A stretch of DNA of 64,000 nucleotides from Acidobacteriota bacterium (lineage in GTDB: Bacteria > Actinomycetota > Actinomycetes > Actinomycetales > Microbacteriaceae), in contig JABBOB010000006.1 in NCBI GenBank assembly GCA_019352055.1, forward strand, positions 10,974 through 74,973, in the 5' to 3' direction. Made by a program: the position numbers and the translations under genes. The notes under the pieces were generated by a model. That model ran no database searches. It saw only the letters and a list, made by a program, of their open reading frames with translations, and was not told where the DNA came from. This document shows positions 27,422 to 36,807 of this stretch, piece by piece; the first letter of the stretch is position 1, and each line of letters starts with the position of its first letter.

Positions 27422-28720
27422 GTGCAGGTGATCCCGGTGCTCGGCGGCCGGTACCGGCTCGGTCCGGAGATCGGGTCGGGCGGTATGGGCGCCGTGCACC
27501 GCGCCTGGGACGAACGGTTCGGTCGCGAGGTCGCGATCAAGATCCTGCGCGCCGGGTCGGACGACGTCGAGAAGGAGCGCCTCCGCCGCGAGGCCCAGTA
27601 CCTGGCGCGCCTCGATCACCCGAACCTCGTCGCCGTGCTCGACGCCGGCTCGGACCGCCTCCGGTCCCGGGAGGCCGTGTGGTTCGCGATGGAGCTGGTC
27701 TCCGGGCCCGATCTGCGCACGGTCGTCCGCCAGGACGGTCCGCTCGACGGCGGCGCGGTCCGCCGCATCCTCGCCGGATTGCTCGCCGCACTCGATGCGC
27801 TGCACACGGCCGGTGTGGTGCATCGCGACCTCAAGCCGGCGAACGTGCTGCTCACCGCCGAGCCGACCAGCGGACGCTGGGACGTGAAGCTCGTCGATCT
27901 CGGCATCGCCCAGCACATCCGCACGGACCACCTCACCTCGACGGGGCAGGTCGTCGGCACCGCCGCCTACCTCAGCCCGGAGCAGGTGAACGGGCGCGCG
28001 ATCGGCGCCGCCACCGATGTCTACGCACTCGGCCTCGTGGCGATCGAGGCGCTCACGGGCCGGATCGCGTTCCCCGGTGCGCCGGCCGAGTCGGCCGCCG
28101 CGCGGCTCGTCCGCGGTCCCGATCTGCCGCAGGCCCTCGACCCCTCATGGCGCACCGTGCTCACGGCGATGACCGCGCTGGATCCGGACGACCGGCCATC
28201 CGTGGCGGTGCTGCTCGATCTGGTCGGCCGGCTGCCGGACGAGATCCACGCGGAGGACGGTGCGGAGGTGCCCACCGAGCTCATCACCGTGGTCGGGGCG
28301 ACGAGCGTCGACGCGCACGCGACCTCGGTGCTGCCCACCGCCGCGCTCCGGGCCCCTCGGCGTGCCCGGCGTGCCCGCCGGCGGCCGCGGAGGCACCTGC
28401 TGGCCGCGGCGTTCCTCCTGCTCGTCGTGACGGCCGCAGGCGGCTGGATCGCGGCGCTCTCGGGCGGTTCCGCCCCGACGGCGGCCGCCGCGCCGACGAT
28501 CTCGGCCGCCGTCCACCCCGTCGCACCGAGGACCACGATCAGCGCCCGGCCGACCACCGCGGCCGTGGCTGCGCCTGCGGCCGCGCCGGTCGCGACCACC
28601 GCACCGGCGATGCGCGTGGGCCCAGCGCCGAAGAAGCAGTCGCTGCCGGCGCTCCAGGCGGCCAGGCGGTGGGAGCAGCATCTGCTCGACCTCCTCCGCC
28701 ATCGCCGACCGCACGGCTGA
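27422..28720 (+). CDS. Serine/threonine protein kinase (Hanks-type, single TM, short low-complexity ectodomain)
   Basis: GRYRLGPEIGSGGMGAVHRAWD...VAIKIL...HRDLKPANVLL...DLGIA...GTAAYLSPEQ. TM helix LLAAAFLLLVVTAAGGWIAAL. Confidence 0.9.
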   Translation: MQVIPVLGGRYRLGPEIGSGGMGAVHRAWDERFGREVAIKILRAGSDDVEKERLRREAQYLARLDHPNLVAVLDAGSDRLRSREAVWFAMELVSGPDLRTVVRQDGPLDGGAVRRILAGLLAALDALHTAGVVHRDLKPANVLLTAEPTSGRWDVKLVDLGIAQHIRTDHLTSTGQVVGTAAYLSPEQVNGRAIGAATDVYALGLVAIEALTGRIAFPGAPAESAAARLVRGPDLPQALDPSWRTVLTAMTALDPDDRPSVAVLLDLVGRLPDEIHAEDGAEVPTELITVVGATSVDAHATSVLPTAALRAPRRARRARRRPRRHLLAAAFLLLVVTAAGGWIAALSGGSAPTAAAAPTISAAVHPVAPRTTISARPTTAAVAAPAAAPVATTAPAMRVGPAPKKQSLPALQAARRWEQHLLDLLRHRRPHG

Positions 28721-28821
28721 CCCGGAAGCGGCGCCGATCGCCCGACGCGGACTCGAAGGACCGACCGGCCCAGGGGCATCCGGACGTGCGGCGACGGGCC
28801 GGTCTGCAGCACAATCGGGGC

Positions 28822-29043
28822 GTGAGCTTCAACGCGCGCCTGCGGGCCCTGGTCGGGATCCGTCCCGGCAGCGCGCTCGCGTCCAGCCTGCGGAACGCGT
28901 CCCAGATCGACGTGTACGGCACGGTGCGCTACCACGGTCCGTTCGAGCTTCCGCCGGCGGAGCCCGTGCAGCTGGCGGATCCGGTCCCCTGGGAGCTCCA
29001 GGACGGCAACGGCGCCGTCGCCGACTGGGTCAACCGCCACTGA
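28822..29043 (+). CDS. Hypothetical small protein (73 aa)
   Basis: GTG at 28822. High GC3 in this frame (VSFNARLRALVGIRPGSALASSLRNASQIDVYGTVRYHGPFELPP...). No family recognised. Confidence 0.4.
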   Translation: MSFNARLRALVGIRPGSALASSLRNASQIDVYGTVRYHGPFELPPAEPVQLADPVPWELQDGNGAVADWVNRH

Positions 29044-29117
29044 TCTCGCGCGCGCAACCGACTAGAACAGATGGTGGCGAGCCGATCCGCGGCCGCGATC
29101 TCCGAGGGAGAGCGCTC

Positions 29118-29393
29118 ATGAGCGATGTTGCCGGTCCCGAGCAGTCGATGCTCGACGCGTTCGACCTCATCGGGTCGGTCCCGAGCGGGTCGGACCGGCT
29201 GTTCGAGGCGGCCCGCGCGAAGGCGGCGGCCTACAGCGAACCCGGCGATCTGGCAGCCGGCGTGGCGAGCGTCGCGGCGATGGTGCTCGACGTCCTGGCT
29301 TCGGTCACGGGGCAGACCAGCGCGGATCTGCTCGAGCAGATCCACCACCAGCTCGGCGACGTCCTGCTCGGGCGCAACGAGGACCGGGTCTGA
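29118..29393 (+). CDS. Hypothetical small acidic protein (91 aa)
   Basis: ATG start, good GC3, followed by a strong hairpin. No family recognised. Confidence 0.5.
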   Translation: MSDVAGPEQSMLDAFDLIGSVPSGSDRLFEAARAKAAAYSEPGDLAAGVASVAAMVLDVLASVTGQTSADLLEQIHHQLGDVLLGRNEDRV

Positions 29394-29410
29394 GCCGACT
29401 CCTGCGCAAC

Positions 29411-29448
29411 GACGCAGGGACCCCGGCTGCTGCCGGGGTCCCTGCGTG
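29411..29448. terminator. Stem-loop between the small ORF and the convergent tRNA-Leu
   Basis: ACGCAGGGACCCCGG (29412-29426), loop CTGCTG, CCGGGGTCCCTGCGT (29433-29447). 15-bp perfect stem. Confidence 0.55.
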
Positions 29449-29451
29449 TCG

Positions 29452-29535
29452 TGCGCGAGGGGGGAGTTGAACCCCCACGCCCTTTCGGGCACACGGACCT
29501 GAACCGTGCGCGTCTGCCTATTCCGCCACTCGCGC
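29452..29535 (-). tRNA. leuT: tRNA-Leu (anticodon CAG), type II with long variable arm; CCA not encoded
   Basis: The reverse complement reads GCGCGAGTGGCGGAATAGGCAGACGCGCACGGTTCAGGTCCGTGTGCCCGAAAGGGCGTGGGGGTTCAACTCCCCCCTCGCGCA. Anticodon loop TTCAGGT. Divergent from fhaA, as in mycobacteria. Confidence 0.9.
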
Positions 29536-29726
29536 GTGCGCGGCTCCCGTGGGCGCCGAAGGCCCGGAGAGCCTAGCATGCGGCTCGACCCCGGTTCTGG
29601 TGCGCGGAGCGCCGATCCTCCGGCGCGCGCAGGGCGTTGCCCCCCGTCAGGGGCCCTCGCGTTACCCTGGGCCATTCGCGGGCGGGCCCCTCCGTGCGCA
29701 CCATCGACGTAGAACGGGTCCGCAGG

Positions 29727-30398
29727 GTGGGCATTCTCGACAGCTTCGAGCGCGGTCTGGAGCGCGCCGTCAACGGCGCGTTCGCCAAGACGTTCCGCTC
29801 CGGGCTCGCCCCGGTCGAGATCACGGCCGCGCTGCGCAAGGAGGTCGACACGCACGCGACCCCGGTCGCCCGCGACCGCGTGCTCGTGCCCAACCGCTTC
29901 CTGGTGCGGATGAACCCCGAGGACCACGCCTCGATGACGGCGCTCGGCGACGGGCTCGTCGAGGAGCTCTCCGCGCTGCTGCAGCAGTACGCGGCCGAGC
30001 AGCGGTACCAGATGGTGTCGGTGCCGGTGATCGTGCTCGAGGCGGACCCGGGCATCACGCTCGGCATGCTCGACGTGCGCTCCTCGTCCGAACGGGTCGA
30101 GGTGTCCTGGCAGCCGACGATCGAGCTCGACGGCCGGCAGCACGTGCTCGGGGAGCGGACCGTGATCGGCCGTGGGTCGGAGGCGGACATCACCGTCGAC
30201 GACTCCGGGATCAGCCGGCGGCACCTCGAGATCGTGTGGGACGGTCGCCGGGCCGAGGCGCGCGACCTGGGGTCGACGAACGGCTCGACCCTGAACGGGG
30301 CACGGCTCACGCACGCTGCCCTGCCCAACGACTCGGTGCTGCAGATCGGGCGCACCAGGATCGTGTTCCGCGTCGTCGCCCGCGCGCAGGAGCGGTGA
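29727..30398 (+). CDS. fhaA: FhaA-like protein (DUF3662 N-terminal domain plus C-terminal FHA domain), short form
   Basis: VGILDSFERGLERAVNGAFAKTFRSGLAPVEITAALRKE... is DUF3662. ...RTVIGRGSEADITVDDSGISRRHLEIVWDG...DLGSTNGSTLNG is the FHA domain. GTG at 29727. Confidence 0.85.
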   Translation: MGILDSFERGLERAVNGAFAKTFRSGLAPVEITAALRKEVDTHATPVARDRVLVPNRFLVRMNPEDHASMTALGDGLVEELSALLQQYAAEQRYQMVSVPVIVLEADPGITLGMLDVRSSSERVEVSWQPTIELDGRQHVLGERTVIGRGSEADITVDDSGISRRHLEIVWDGRRAEARDLGSTNGSTLNGARLTHAALPNDSVLQIGRTRIVFRVVARAQER

Positions 30399-30399
30399 G

Positions 30400-30921
30400 A
30401 TGAGCGCCCTCACCCTGCTCGTGCTGCGGATCGCGTTCCTCCTGCTGCTGTGGGTGTTCGTGTTCGCGGTGGTCTACTCGCTGCGCAGCGACCTGTTCGG
30501 CGGACGCGTCCGGCGGGTGCCCGAGGGCGCCGCTCCCGCCGCCCCGGCCCCCGCGAGCGCGCCGCCGGCGGTCCAGTCCCTGCCCTCGCCTCCGACGCCC
30601 GGCGCGGGTGCGGCTCGGGTGCAGCAGGGACCGGCATCGGTGCTCGTGATCACCTCCGGCGGCAAGGCGGGCCTCGAGATCCCGCTCGGCACCGAGCCCC
30701 TGATGATCGGGCGAGCCAGCGACGCCGGGCTGCAGATCCGCGACGACTACACCTCGACCCACCACGCGCGCCTGCTGCTGTGGGGCTCCGACTGGGTCGT
30801 GCAGGATCTCGACTCCACCAACGGCACGTTCGTGGACGGCGTCCGCATCGATTCGCCCACCCAGGTGCCCGTCGGGGTGCCGGTCAAGGTGGGCGCGACC
30901 ACGTTCGAGCTCCGTGGCTGA
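30400..30921 (+). CDS. fhaB: FHA-domain membrane protein (FhaB/FipA-like)
   Basis: N-terminal TM helix LTLLVLRIAFLLLLWVFVFAVVY, Pro/Ala linker, then the FHA domain ...LMIGRASDAGLQIRDDYTSTHHARLLL...DLDSTNGTFVDG. Confidence 0.85.
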   Translation: MSALTLLVLRIAFLLLLWVFVFAVVYSLRSDLFGGRVRRVPEGAAPAAPAPASAPPAVQSLPSPPTPGAGAARVQQGPASVLVITSGGKAGLEIPLGTEPLMIGRASDAGLQIRDDYTSTHHARLLLWGSDWVVQDLDSTNGTFVDGVRIDSPTQVPVGVPVKVGATTFELRG

Positions 30922-32170
30922 CCGCGTGACGACGATCACGACGGGCGCGGCCGTCAGCCACGTCGGACGGGTGCGGACGCAGAACCAGGACTCCGGCTAC
31001 GCCGGCGGCTCGCTGTTCGTCGTCGCGGACGGCATGGGTGGCCACGCGGGCGGGGACATCGCCTCCGCGATCGCGGTCCGCCGGATCGCGGAGACCGACC
31101 GGCTCGACTTCGCGACGCCCCAGGAGGCGGAGTTCGCCCTGCAGGCCGCGATGCTCGCCGCGAACGAGGACATCAGCGCCGCGGTGGAGGACCGTCCCGA
31201 GCTCACCGGCATGGGCACGACGGTCAGCGCCATGGTGCGCGTCGGCGACGTGATCGCGACCGCCCACATCGGCGACTCCCGGATCTACCTCCTCCGCGAC
31301 GGCGAGCTGTCGCAGATCACCAACGACCACACGTTCGTCCAGCGCCTCGTCGAGACCGGCAGGATCACGCCGGAGGAGGCCGCCGTGCACCCGCGCCGCA
31401 GCGTGCTCATGCGGGTGCTGGGCGACATCGACCAATCCCCCGAGATCGACACCTCCATCCTCGGCACGGTGCCGGGAGACCGATGGATGCTCTGCTCCGA
31501 CGGCCTCACGAGCTACGTCCCGCTCGAGCGGATCCTCATCGCGATGGTCGGCTCGTCGACCTCCGCGGATGCGGCGGAGGCGCTCGTCGAGGAGGCGCTT
31601 GAGCACGGCGCCCCCGACAACGTCACGGCGATCGTCGTGGACATCGACCGACCCGGCAGCGCACCGGCCGCTGCACAGCTCGTCGGATCGGCGTCGAGCG
31701 GCCTCGATCCCGAGCTCGCCGCCTCCGGCAGGGCGCACAACCGCCTGCCGGCACTGCTGCTGCACCCGATCCGCACCTCGACGCCCGAGGCGAGCTTCCA
31801 GCCGGAGTCCGAGGACTACCTCGACGCGCTGATCAAGGAGGACCGGCGCCGGCTGTGGCGCCGCCGGGTCACCTGGCTCGCGGTCATCGCGCTCGCGCTC
31901 GGTGCCCTGGTGGGCGTCTCCGTGCTCGGCTACAGCTACACGCAGACCAGGTACTACGTCGGGTTCGACGGGGACCGGGTCGCGATCTACCAGGGCGTGC
32001 AGGGCACGGTGGGTCCCATCCGGCTGAGCCACGTCGTGCAGACCACCGACGTGACGAGCTCGGAGCTCACCTCCTTCACCCGATCCCAGATCGCCGAGAC
32101 GATCTCCACGTCGTCGCTCGCCGCGGCGGAGACGGTCGTCGACAACGCGAGGACCGACAGCGGTGGCTGA
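30914..32170 (+). CDS. pstP: PP2C-family Ser/Thr phosphatase with a C-terminal TM and extracellular segment
   Basis: ...GRVRTQNQDSGYAGGSLFVVADGMGGHAGGDIAS...GMGTTVSAM...LLCSDGLT...APDNVTAIVVD. TM helix WLAVIALALGALVGVSVLGY. Confidence 0.95.
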   Translation: MADRVTTITTGAAVSHVGRVRTQNQDSGYAGGSLFVVADGMGGHAGGDIASAIAVRRIAETDRLDFATPQEAEFALQAAMLAANEDISAAVEDRPELTGMGTTVSAMVRVGDVIATAHIGDSRIYLLRDGELSQITNDHTFVQRLVETGRITPEEAAVHPRRSVLMRVLGDIDQSPEIDTSILGTVPGDRWMLCSDGLTSYVPLERILIAMVGSSTSADAAEALVEEALEHGAPDNVTAIVVDIDRPGSAPAAAQLVGSASSGLDPELAASGRAHNRLPALLLHPIRTSTPEASFQPESEDYLDALIKEDRRRLWRRRVTWLAVIALALGALVGVSVLGYSYTQTRYYVGFDGDRVAIYQGVQGTVGPIRLSHVVQTTDVTSSELTSFTRSQIAETISTSSLAAAETVVDNARTDSGG

Positions 32171-33548
32171 CGTGACGACGACGCTGTCGCGTCCGGAGGA
32201 GGACCGCGCGCGGATCATCCGGCCGTCGACGCGCCTGCGCAACATCGAGCTCGGCCTCCTGCTGGTCGCCCTCGCCGTCTCGGCGGGCGCCATCGTGCTC
32301 GTGCAGCTCGGCGCCCTCGGGCGCATCGACCTCAACGTCGTGAAGCTCGCAGGCGGGGTCGGCGTGCTCGCGATCGCGCTGCACGTCGTGCTGCGGTTCG
32401 CCGCGCGCGACGCGGATCCGTTCATCCTCCCGATCGCGATCGCGGTGAACGGCCTCGGCATCGCGGAGATCTACCGGATCGACCTCAGCCCGACGGGTGT
32501 CAGGAACCACCTCGACAACGGCACCACCCAGATCCTCTGGACGGCGGTCGGCATCGGTGCGGCGATCGCCGTGCTCTTCCTGGTCCGGAACCACCGGATG
32601 CTGCAGCGCTACACCTACATCGCGATGCTCGCGACGATCGTCCTGCTGCTGCTGCCGCTCGTGCCGGGCCTGCGCCTCCGCGGCGCCGCGGCGTACGTCT
32701 GGGTCAGCGTCGGGCCGTTCAACTTCCAGCCGGGTGAGATCGCGAAGATCACGCTCGCGATCTTCTTCGCCGGGTTCCTGGTCGCCAGGAGGGACTCCCT
32801 GGCGATGGTCGGGCGCAAGGTCCTCTTCGTCCAGCTGCCCCGCGCGCGGGACCTGGGTCCGATCATCGTCGTGTGGGTCCTGGCGCTCGGCGTGATCGTC
32901 GGGGAGCACGACCTCGGCACGGGACTGCTGCTGTTCGGGATGTTCGTCGCCATGCTCTACGTCGCGACGGGACGCACGAGCTGGATCGTGCTCGGCCTGG
33001 TCCTCGCCGCGGCCGGTGCATATGCCGCTGTCCACATCCTCAGCTACGTGCAGGGCCGCATCACGAACTGGTTGCATGCCTTCGACGGCACGCTCTACGA
33101 CCAGCCCGGCGGCAGCTTCCAGGTGGTCAACGGCGTCTTCGGCCTGGCGCACGGCGGACTCTTCGGCACGGGGCTCGGTCAGGGGCGCCCGGACCTGACC
33201 CCGGCGGCGAACAGCGACTTCATCATCGCGTCCCTCGGCGAGGAGCTCGGCCTCGTCGGCGTCTTCGCGGTCCTCTGCCTGTATCTGCTCTTCGTCTCCC
33301 GCGGCTTCCGGATCGGGTACTCCGGCCCCGACGACTTCGGCAAGCTGCTCGCCGTCGGGATCTCGTTCGTGTTCGCCCTGCAGGTCTTCATCGTGGTCGG
33401 CGGCGTGATGCGGGTGATCCCGGAGACCGGGCTCACGACACCGTTCCTCGCGGCCGGAGGGTCGTCGCTCGTCGCGAACTGGATGATCGCGGCCCTGCTG
33501 CTCCGCATCTCCGACACGATCCGCAGCGGCCCCAGGACGGTGATCTGA
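32163..33548 (+). CDS. rodA: FtsW/RodA/SpoVE (SEDS) family peptidoglycan glycosyltransferase
   Basis: ...[21 protein letters not shown]...[21 protein letters not shown]...[20 protein letters not shown]. Confidence 0.95.
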   Translation: MADVTTTLSRPEEDRARIIRPSTRLRNIELGLLLVALAVSAGAIVLVQLGALGRIDLNVVKLAGGVGVLAIALHVVLRFAARDADPFILPIAIAVNGLGIAEIYRIDLSPTGVRNHLDNGTTQILWTAVGIGAAIAVLFLVRNHRMLQRYTYIAMLATIVLLLLPLVPGLRLRGAAAYVWVSVGPFNFQPGEIAKITLAIFFAGFLVARRDSLAMVGRKVLFVQLPRARDLGPIIVVWVLALGVIVGEHDLGTGLLLFGMFVAMLYVATGRTSWIVLGLVLAAAGAYAAVHILSYVQGRITNWLHAFDGTLYDQPGGSFQVVNGVFGLAHGGLFGTGLGQGRPDLTPAANSDFIIASLGEELGLVGVFAVLCLYLLFVSRGFRIGYSGPDDFGKLLAVGISFVFALQVFIVVGGVMRVIPETGLTTPFLAAGGSSLVANWMIAALLLRISDTIRSGPRTVI

Positions 33549-35002
33549 TGAACCGGGAGCTGAAGCGCATCAGCGCGCTCGTGCTCGTGCTGTTCGCGAG
33601 CCTCTTCGTCGCGTCGTCGATCATCCAGGTGTTCCAGACCGACAACCTCGCCGCGGATGCGCGCAACCAGCGCGCCAAGGCGGACCAGTACGCGATCCAG
33701 CGCGGGCAGATCCTGACCGCCGACGGCAAGGCGATCGTCACCTCCCCGAAGTCGGGCGACACCTACCAGTTCGACCGGAAGTACGCCGACGGACCGCTCT
33801 ACGCCGCTGTCACCGGCTACTACAACCCGATCGGCGCCCCCACCGGTATCGAGGGGGCGCTCAACGCCGAGCTCGCCGGCACCTCCAGCGCGCAGGTGCT
33901 GGACCGGCTCCAGAACATCGTGACCGGACAGGACCCGAAGGGGGCCTCCGTGCAGCTGACGATCGAGCCCAAGGTCCAGAAGGCGGCCTACGACGCGCTG
34001 GGGAACCTGCAAGGCGCCGTCGTCGCCATCGAGCCGAGCACGGGCAAGGTGCTCGCGATGGTGTCCAAGCCGTCCTTCGATCCGAACACCATCGCGGACC
34101 ACTCGAAGGGGATCGCCGCGTACGACGCCCTGAGCGCCAAGGCGGTCAACCCGCTCGTGAATCGAGCGATCGGCGGCAAGCTCAACCCCCCCGGCTCCAC
34201 CTTCAAGCTGATCACCACCTCCGCCGCCCTCGCGAGCGGCAAGTACACGCCGAACTCGACCTTCTCGAACCCCCCGATCTACACGCTGCCGGGCACGACG
34301 ACCACGATCCACAACGCCGACGGGGAGTACTGCGGTGCGTCGAAGACGGCGTCGATCGCGACCGCGGTGAAGCTCTCCTGCAACATCCCGATGGCGCAGC
34401 TCGGTGCCAAGCTGGGCTCGACCGCGCTGCGCGACGAGGCGGAGCGGTTCGGGTTCGACCGGCCGCTGTCCATCCCGGTTCCGGTGACGCCGAGCGTGTA
34501 CCCGCCGGGCGACCTGAACAGCGCCGAGACGTCCCAGACCGCGTTCGGGCAGTACGAGGTCCGCACCACGCCGATGCAGATGGCGATGGTCGCAGCGACC
34601 ATCGGGAACGGTGGAACCGAGATGAAGCCGAACCTCGTCCAGAAGGTCGTGTCGCCTTCGCTGGAGACCCTGCAGTCCTTCAGTCCCACGGTCCTCGGCA
34701 ATCCGATCACCCCGAAGATCGCGTCCGAGGTGAAGGCCATGATGGTCGCGGGCGTCGCCAGCGGGGCGGCGACCAATGCAACAATCAGTGGGGTCACGGT
34801 CGCGGGGAAGACGGGGACGGCGCAGAACGGAACGGGTCAGCCGTACACGCTCTGGTTCACGGGCTTCGCCCCGGCGGACAACCCGAAGGTGGCGGTGGCC
34901 GTGGTGCTCGAGAACGGTGGGGGGCTGGGTCAGTCGGGGTTCGGCAACCTTGTCGCGGCCCCGATCGCCAAGCAGGTCATGGAGGCGGTGCTGAACGGAT
35001 GA
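33548..35002 (+). CDS. pbpA: Penicillin-binding protein A (class B transpeptidase)
   Basis: [20 protein letters not shown]...[24 protein letters not shown]...[15 protein letters not shown] (STxK)...SCN...KTGTAQ. ATG at 33548 overlaps the rodA stop. Confidence 0.95.
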   Translation: MNRELKRISALVLVLFASLFVASSIIQVFQTDNLAADARNQRAKADQYAIQRGQILTADGKAIVTSPKSGDTYQFDRKYADGPLYAAVTGYYNPIGAPTGIEGALNAELAGTSSAQVLDRLQNIVTGQDPKGASVQLTIEPKVQKAAYDALGNLQGAVVAIEPSTGKVLAMVSKPSFDPNTIADHSKGIAAYDALSAKAVNPLVNRAIGGKLNPPGSTFKLITTSAALASGKYTPNSTFSNPPIYTLPGTTTTIHNADGEYCGASKTASIATAVKLSCNIPMAQLGAKLGSTALRDEAERFGFDRPLSIPVPVTPSVYPPGDLNSAETSQTAFGQYEVRTTPMQMAMVAATIGNGGTEMKPNLVQKVVSPSLETLQSFSPTVLGNPITPKIASEVKAMMVAGVASGAATNATISGVTVAGKTGTAQNGTGQPYTLWFTGFAPADNPKVAVAVVLENGGGLGQSGFGNLVAAPIAKQVMEAVLNG

Positions 35003-36807
35003 GACCGGTCGCCGGGCTCACTTTCGGGGGCCGCTACGAGTTGTCGTCGCGCATCGCGATCGGCGGGATGGGCGAGGTGTGGGAAGCCACCGACCTCGTC
35101 ATCGGCCGACCCGTCGCGATCAAGATCCTCAAGGACGAGTACCTCGGCGACCCCGGGTTCCTCGAGCGGTTCCGGGCGGAGGCGCGCCACGCGGCGCTCG
35201 TGAACCACGAGGGCATCGCGAACGTCTACGACTACGGCGAGGAGGACGGCTCCGCCTTCCTCGTGATGGAGCTCGTCCCGGGCGAGCCCCTGTCCTCGAT
35301 CCTGGAGCGCCAGCACACCCTGCCGCCCGATCGCGTGCTCGACGTCGTCGCGCAGACCGCGATGGCTCTGCACGCCGCTCACGCGGCCGGGCTCGTGCAC
35401 CGCGACATCAAGCCCGGCAACCTGCTGGTCACCCCCGACGGCCGGGTGAAGATCACCGACTTCGGCATCGCCCGCATCACCGACCAGGTGCCGCTCACCG
35501 CGACCGGTCAGGTCATGGGCACGGTCCAGTACCTGTCGCCCGAGCAGGCGAGCGGCCAGCCGGCATCCCCTGCCACCGACATCTACTCGCTCGGCATCGT
35601 CGCGTACGAGGCGCTGGCGGGGCACCGCCCCTTCACGGGCGAGTCCCAGGTCGCCATCGCGATGGCGCAGATCAACGACATCGCACCGGACCTGCCCCAC
35701 TCGGTGCCGGAGCCGATCCGTCGGCTCGTGTTCGCGTGCATCGCCAAAGCGCCGTCCGACCGCCCCACGACGGCCGCGCTGCTCGCCCGGGCGGCGACCG
35801 CGCTGCGCCGCGGCGATGTGCTGGCAGCCGCCTCCGCGGTGCCCGCCGTGCTGCCTGCAGGCGTCTCCGCACCCACGATGGCGATGCAGACCGAATCGGC
35901 CACGACGGTGCTGCCGTCGCAGGGCCCGGGCTTCGACACGATGCTGATGGGCGTGCCCGGCGGGGCGGCGACGACGACCGCGTACCAGCAGTCCCCCGTC
36001 GGGCCACCGACCGTGACGGGGCCGTACGGGCCCGGGGACGGCCCCCACGACGACGGGCCCCGCCGACGCAGCGCCTGGACGATCCCCCTCGTGATCCTCA
36101 TCGCGATCCTCGCGGTGCTGCTCGTCGTCTTCCTGGTGTCGACCCTCACCGCGGGCAAGAAGCCCTCCCCCGGCACGTCGGGCAGCACGGGTGCGCAGAC
36201 GAGCACCACCGCTCCCGCCAAGTCGCCCTCCCCCACGGCCACTCCCCTGGTGCTGGATCCGAACAACTACTACGGCAAGCAGTTCACCGCCGTGAGCGCG
36301 CAGCTCCAAGGCATGGGCCTGCAGGTGACGGGCAATCCGCAGACACCGACGAGTGCGAGCGACGCCGGCAAGGTCACGAACATCGACCCGACGTCGACGA
36401 CGGTCGGCAGCACGGTGACCGTGACCTACTACTCCGCCCCCACGACGCCCGCCAAGCCCTCCTCGCCGCCCACGACCGGCTCGAATCCCGTCACGACGGG
36501 CCAGTCGTTCACGGTCAGCTGGCCGAAGTACACCTGCAAGTCCGGGACGGGCGGGTCCCTGTCCGGCTACACCCTCAAGGTCTCGGGTGCGGCCGCCGCG
36601 CCGGGCGACATGCCGCTCGGCACGGTGCAGAGCGCTCAGGTCACCGCGGGCTCGAACCCGGGCACGATCACGATCGTCTACTCCGCGAACTGCGGTGCCG
36701 TCGAGACTCCCGACTCGTCCCCGCTCAAGGTCACGGTCACCGCACCCGCCGCACCGACGAGCGCGCCCCCGACCACCTCCACCCCGGCCCCGACCACCAC
36801 GCAGTGA
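34999..36807 (+). CDS. pknA: Ser/Thr protein kinase PknA-like, with a TM helix and an extracellular PASTA-like module plus a Cys-containing beta-rich domain
   Basis: [22 protein letters not shown]...VAIKIL...[11 protein letters not shown]...DFGIA...[12 protein letters not shown] helix [21 protein letters not shown]. Ectodomain ...[19 protein letters not shown]... Confidence 0.9.
   Translation: MRPVAGLTFGGRYELSSRIAIGGMGEVWEATDLVIGRPVAIKILKDEYLGDPGFLERFRAEARHAALVNHEGIANVYDYGEEDGSAFLVMELVPGEPLSSILERQHTLPPDRVLDVVAQTAMALHAAHAAGLVHRDIKPGNLLVTPDGRVKITDFGIARITDQVPLTATGQVMGTVQYLSPEQASGQPASPATDIYSLGIVAYEALAGHRPFTGESQVAIAMAQINDIAPDLPHSVPEPIRRLVFACIAKAPSDRPTTAALLARAATALRRGDVLAAASAVPAVLPAGVSAPTMAMQTESATTVLPSQGPGFDTMLMGVPGGAATTTAYQQSPVGPPTVTGPYGPGDGPHDDGPRRRSAWTIPLVILIAILAVLLVVFLVSTLTAGKKPSPGTSGSTGAQTSTTAPAKSPSPTATPLVLDPNNYYGKQFTAVSAQLQGMGLQVTGNPQTPTSASDAGKVTNIDPTSTTVGSTVTVTYYSAPTTPAKPSSPPTTGSNPVTTGQSFTVSWPKYTCKSGTGGSLSGYTLKVSGAAAAPGDMPLGTVQSAQVTAGSNPGTITIVYSANCGAVETPDSSPLKVTVTAPAAPTSAPPTTSTPAPTTTQ

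Noticed and set aside
27073-27431. Track ORFs 27073..27411(+) and 27105..27431(+) as intact genes
   Set aside because: Neither frame keeps coding-like composition along its whole length. The translations are Arg/Pro/Ala-rich with Cys runs. They are reported only as a possible broken remnant in the findings.
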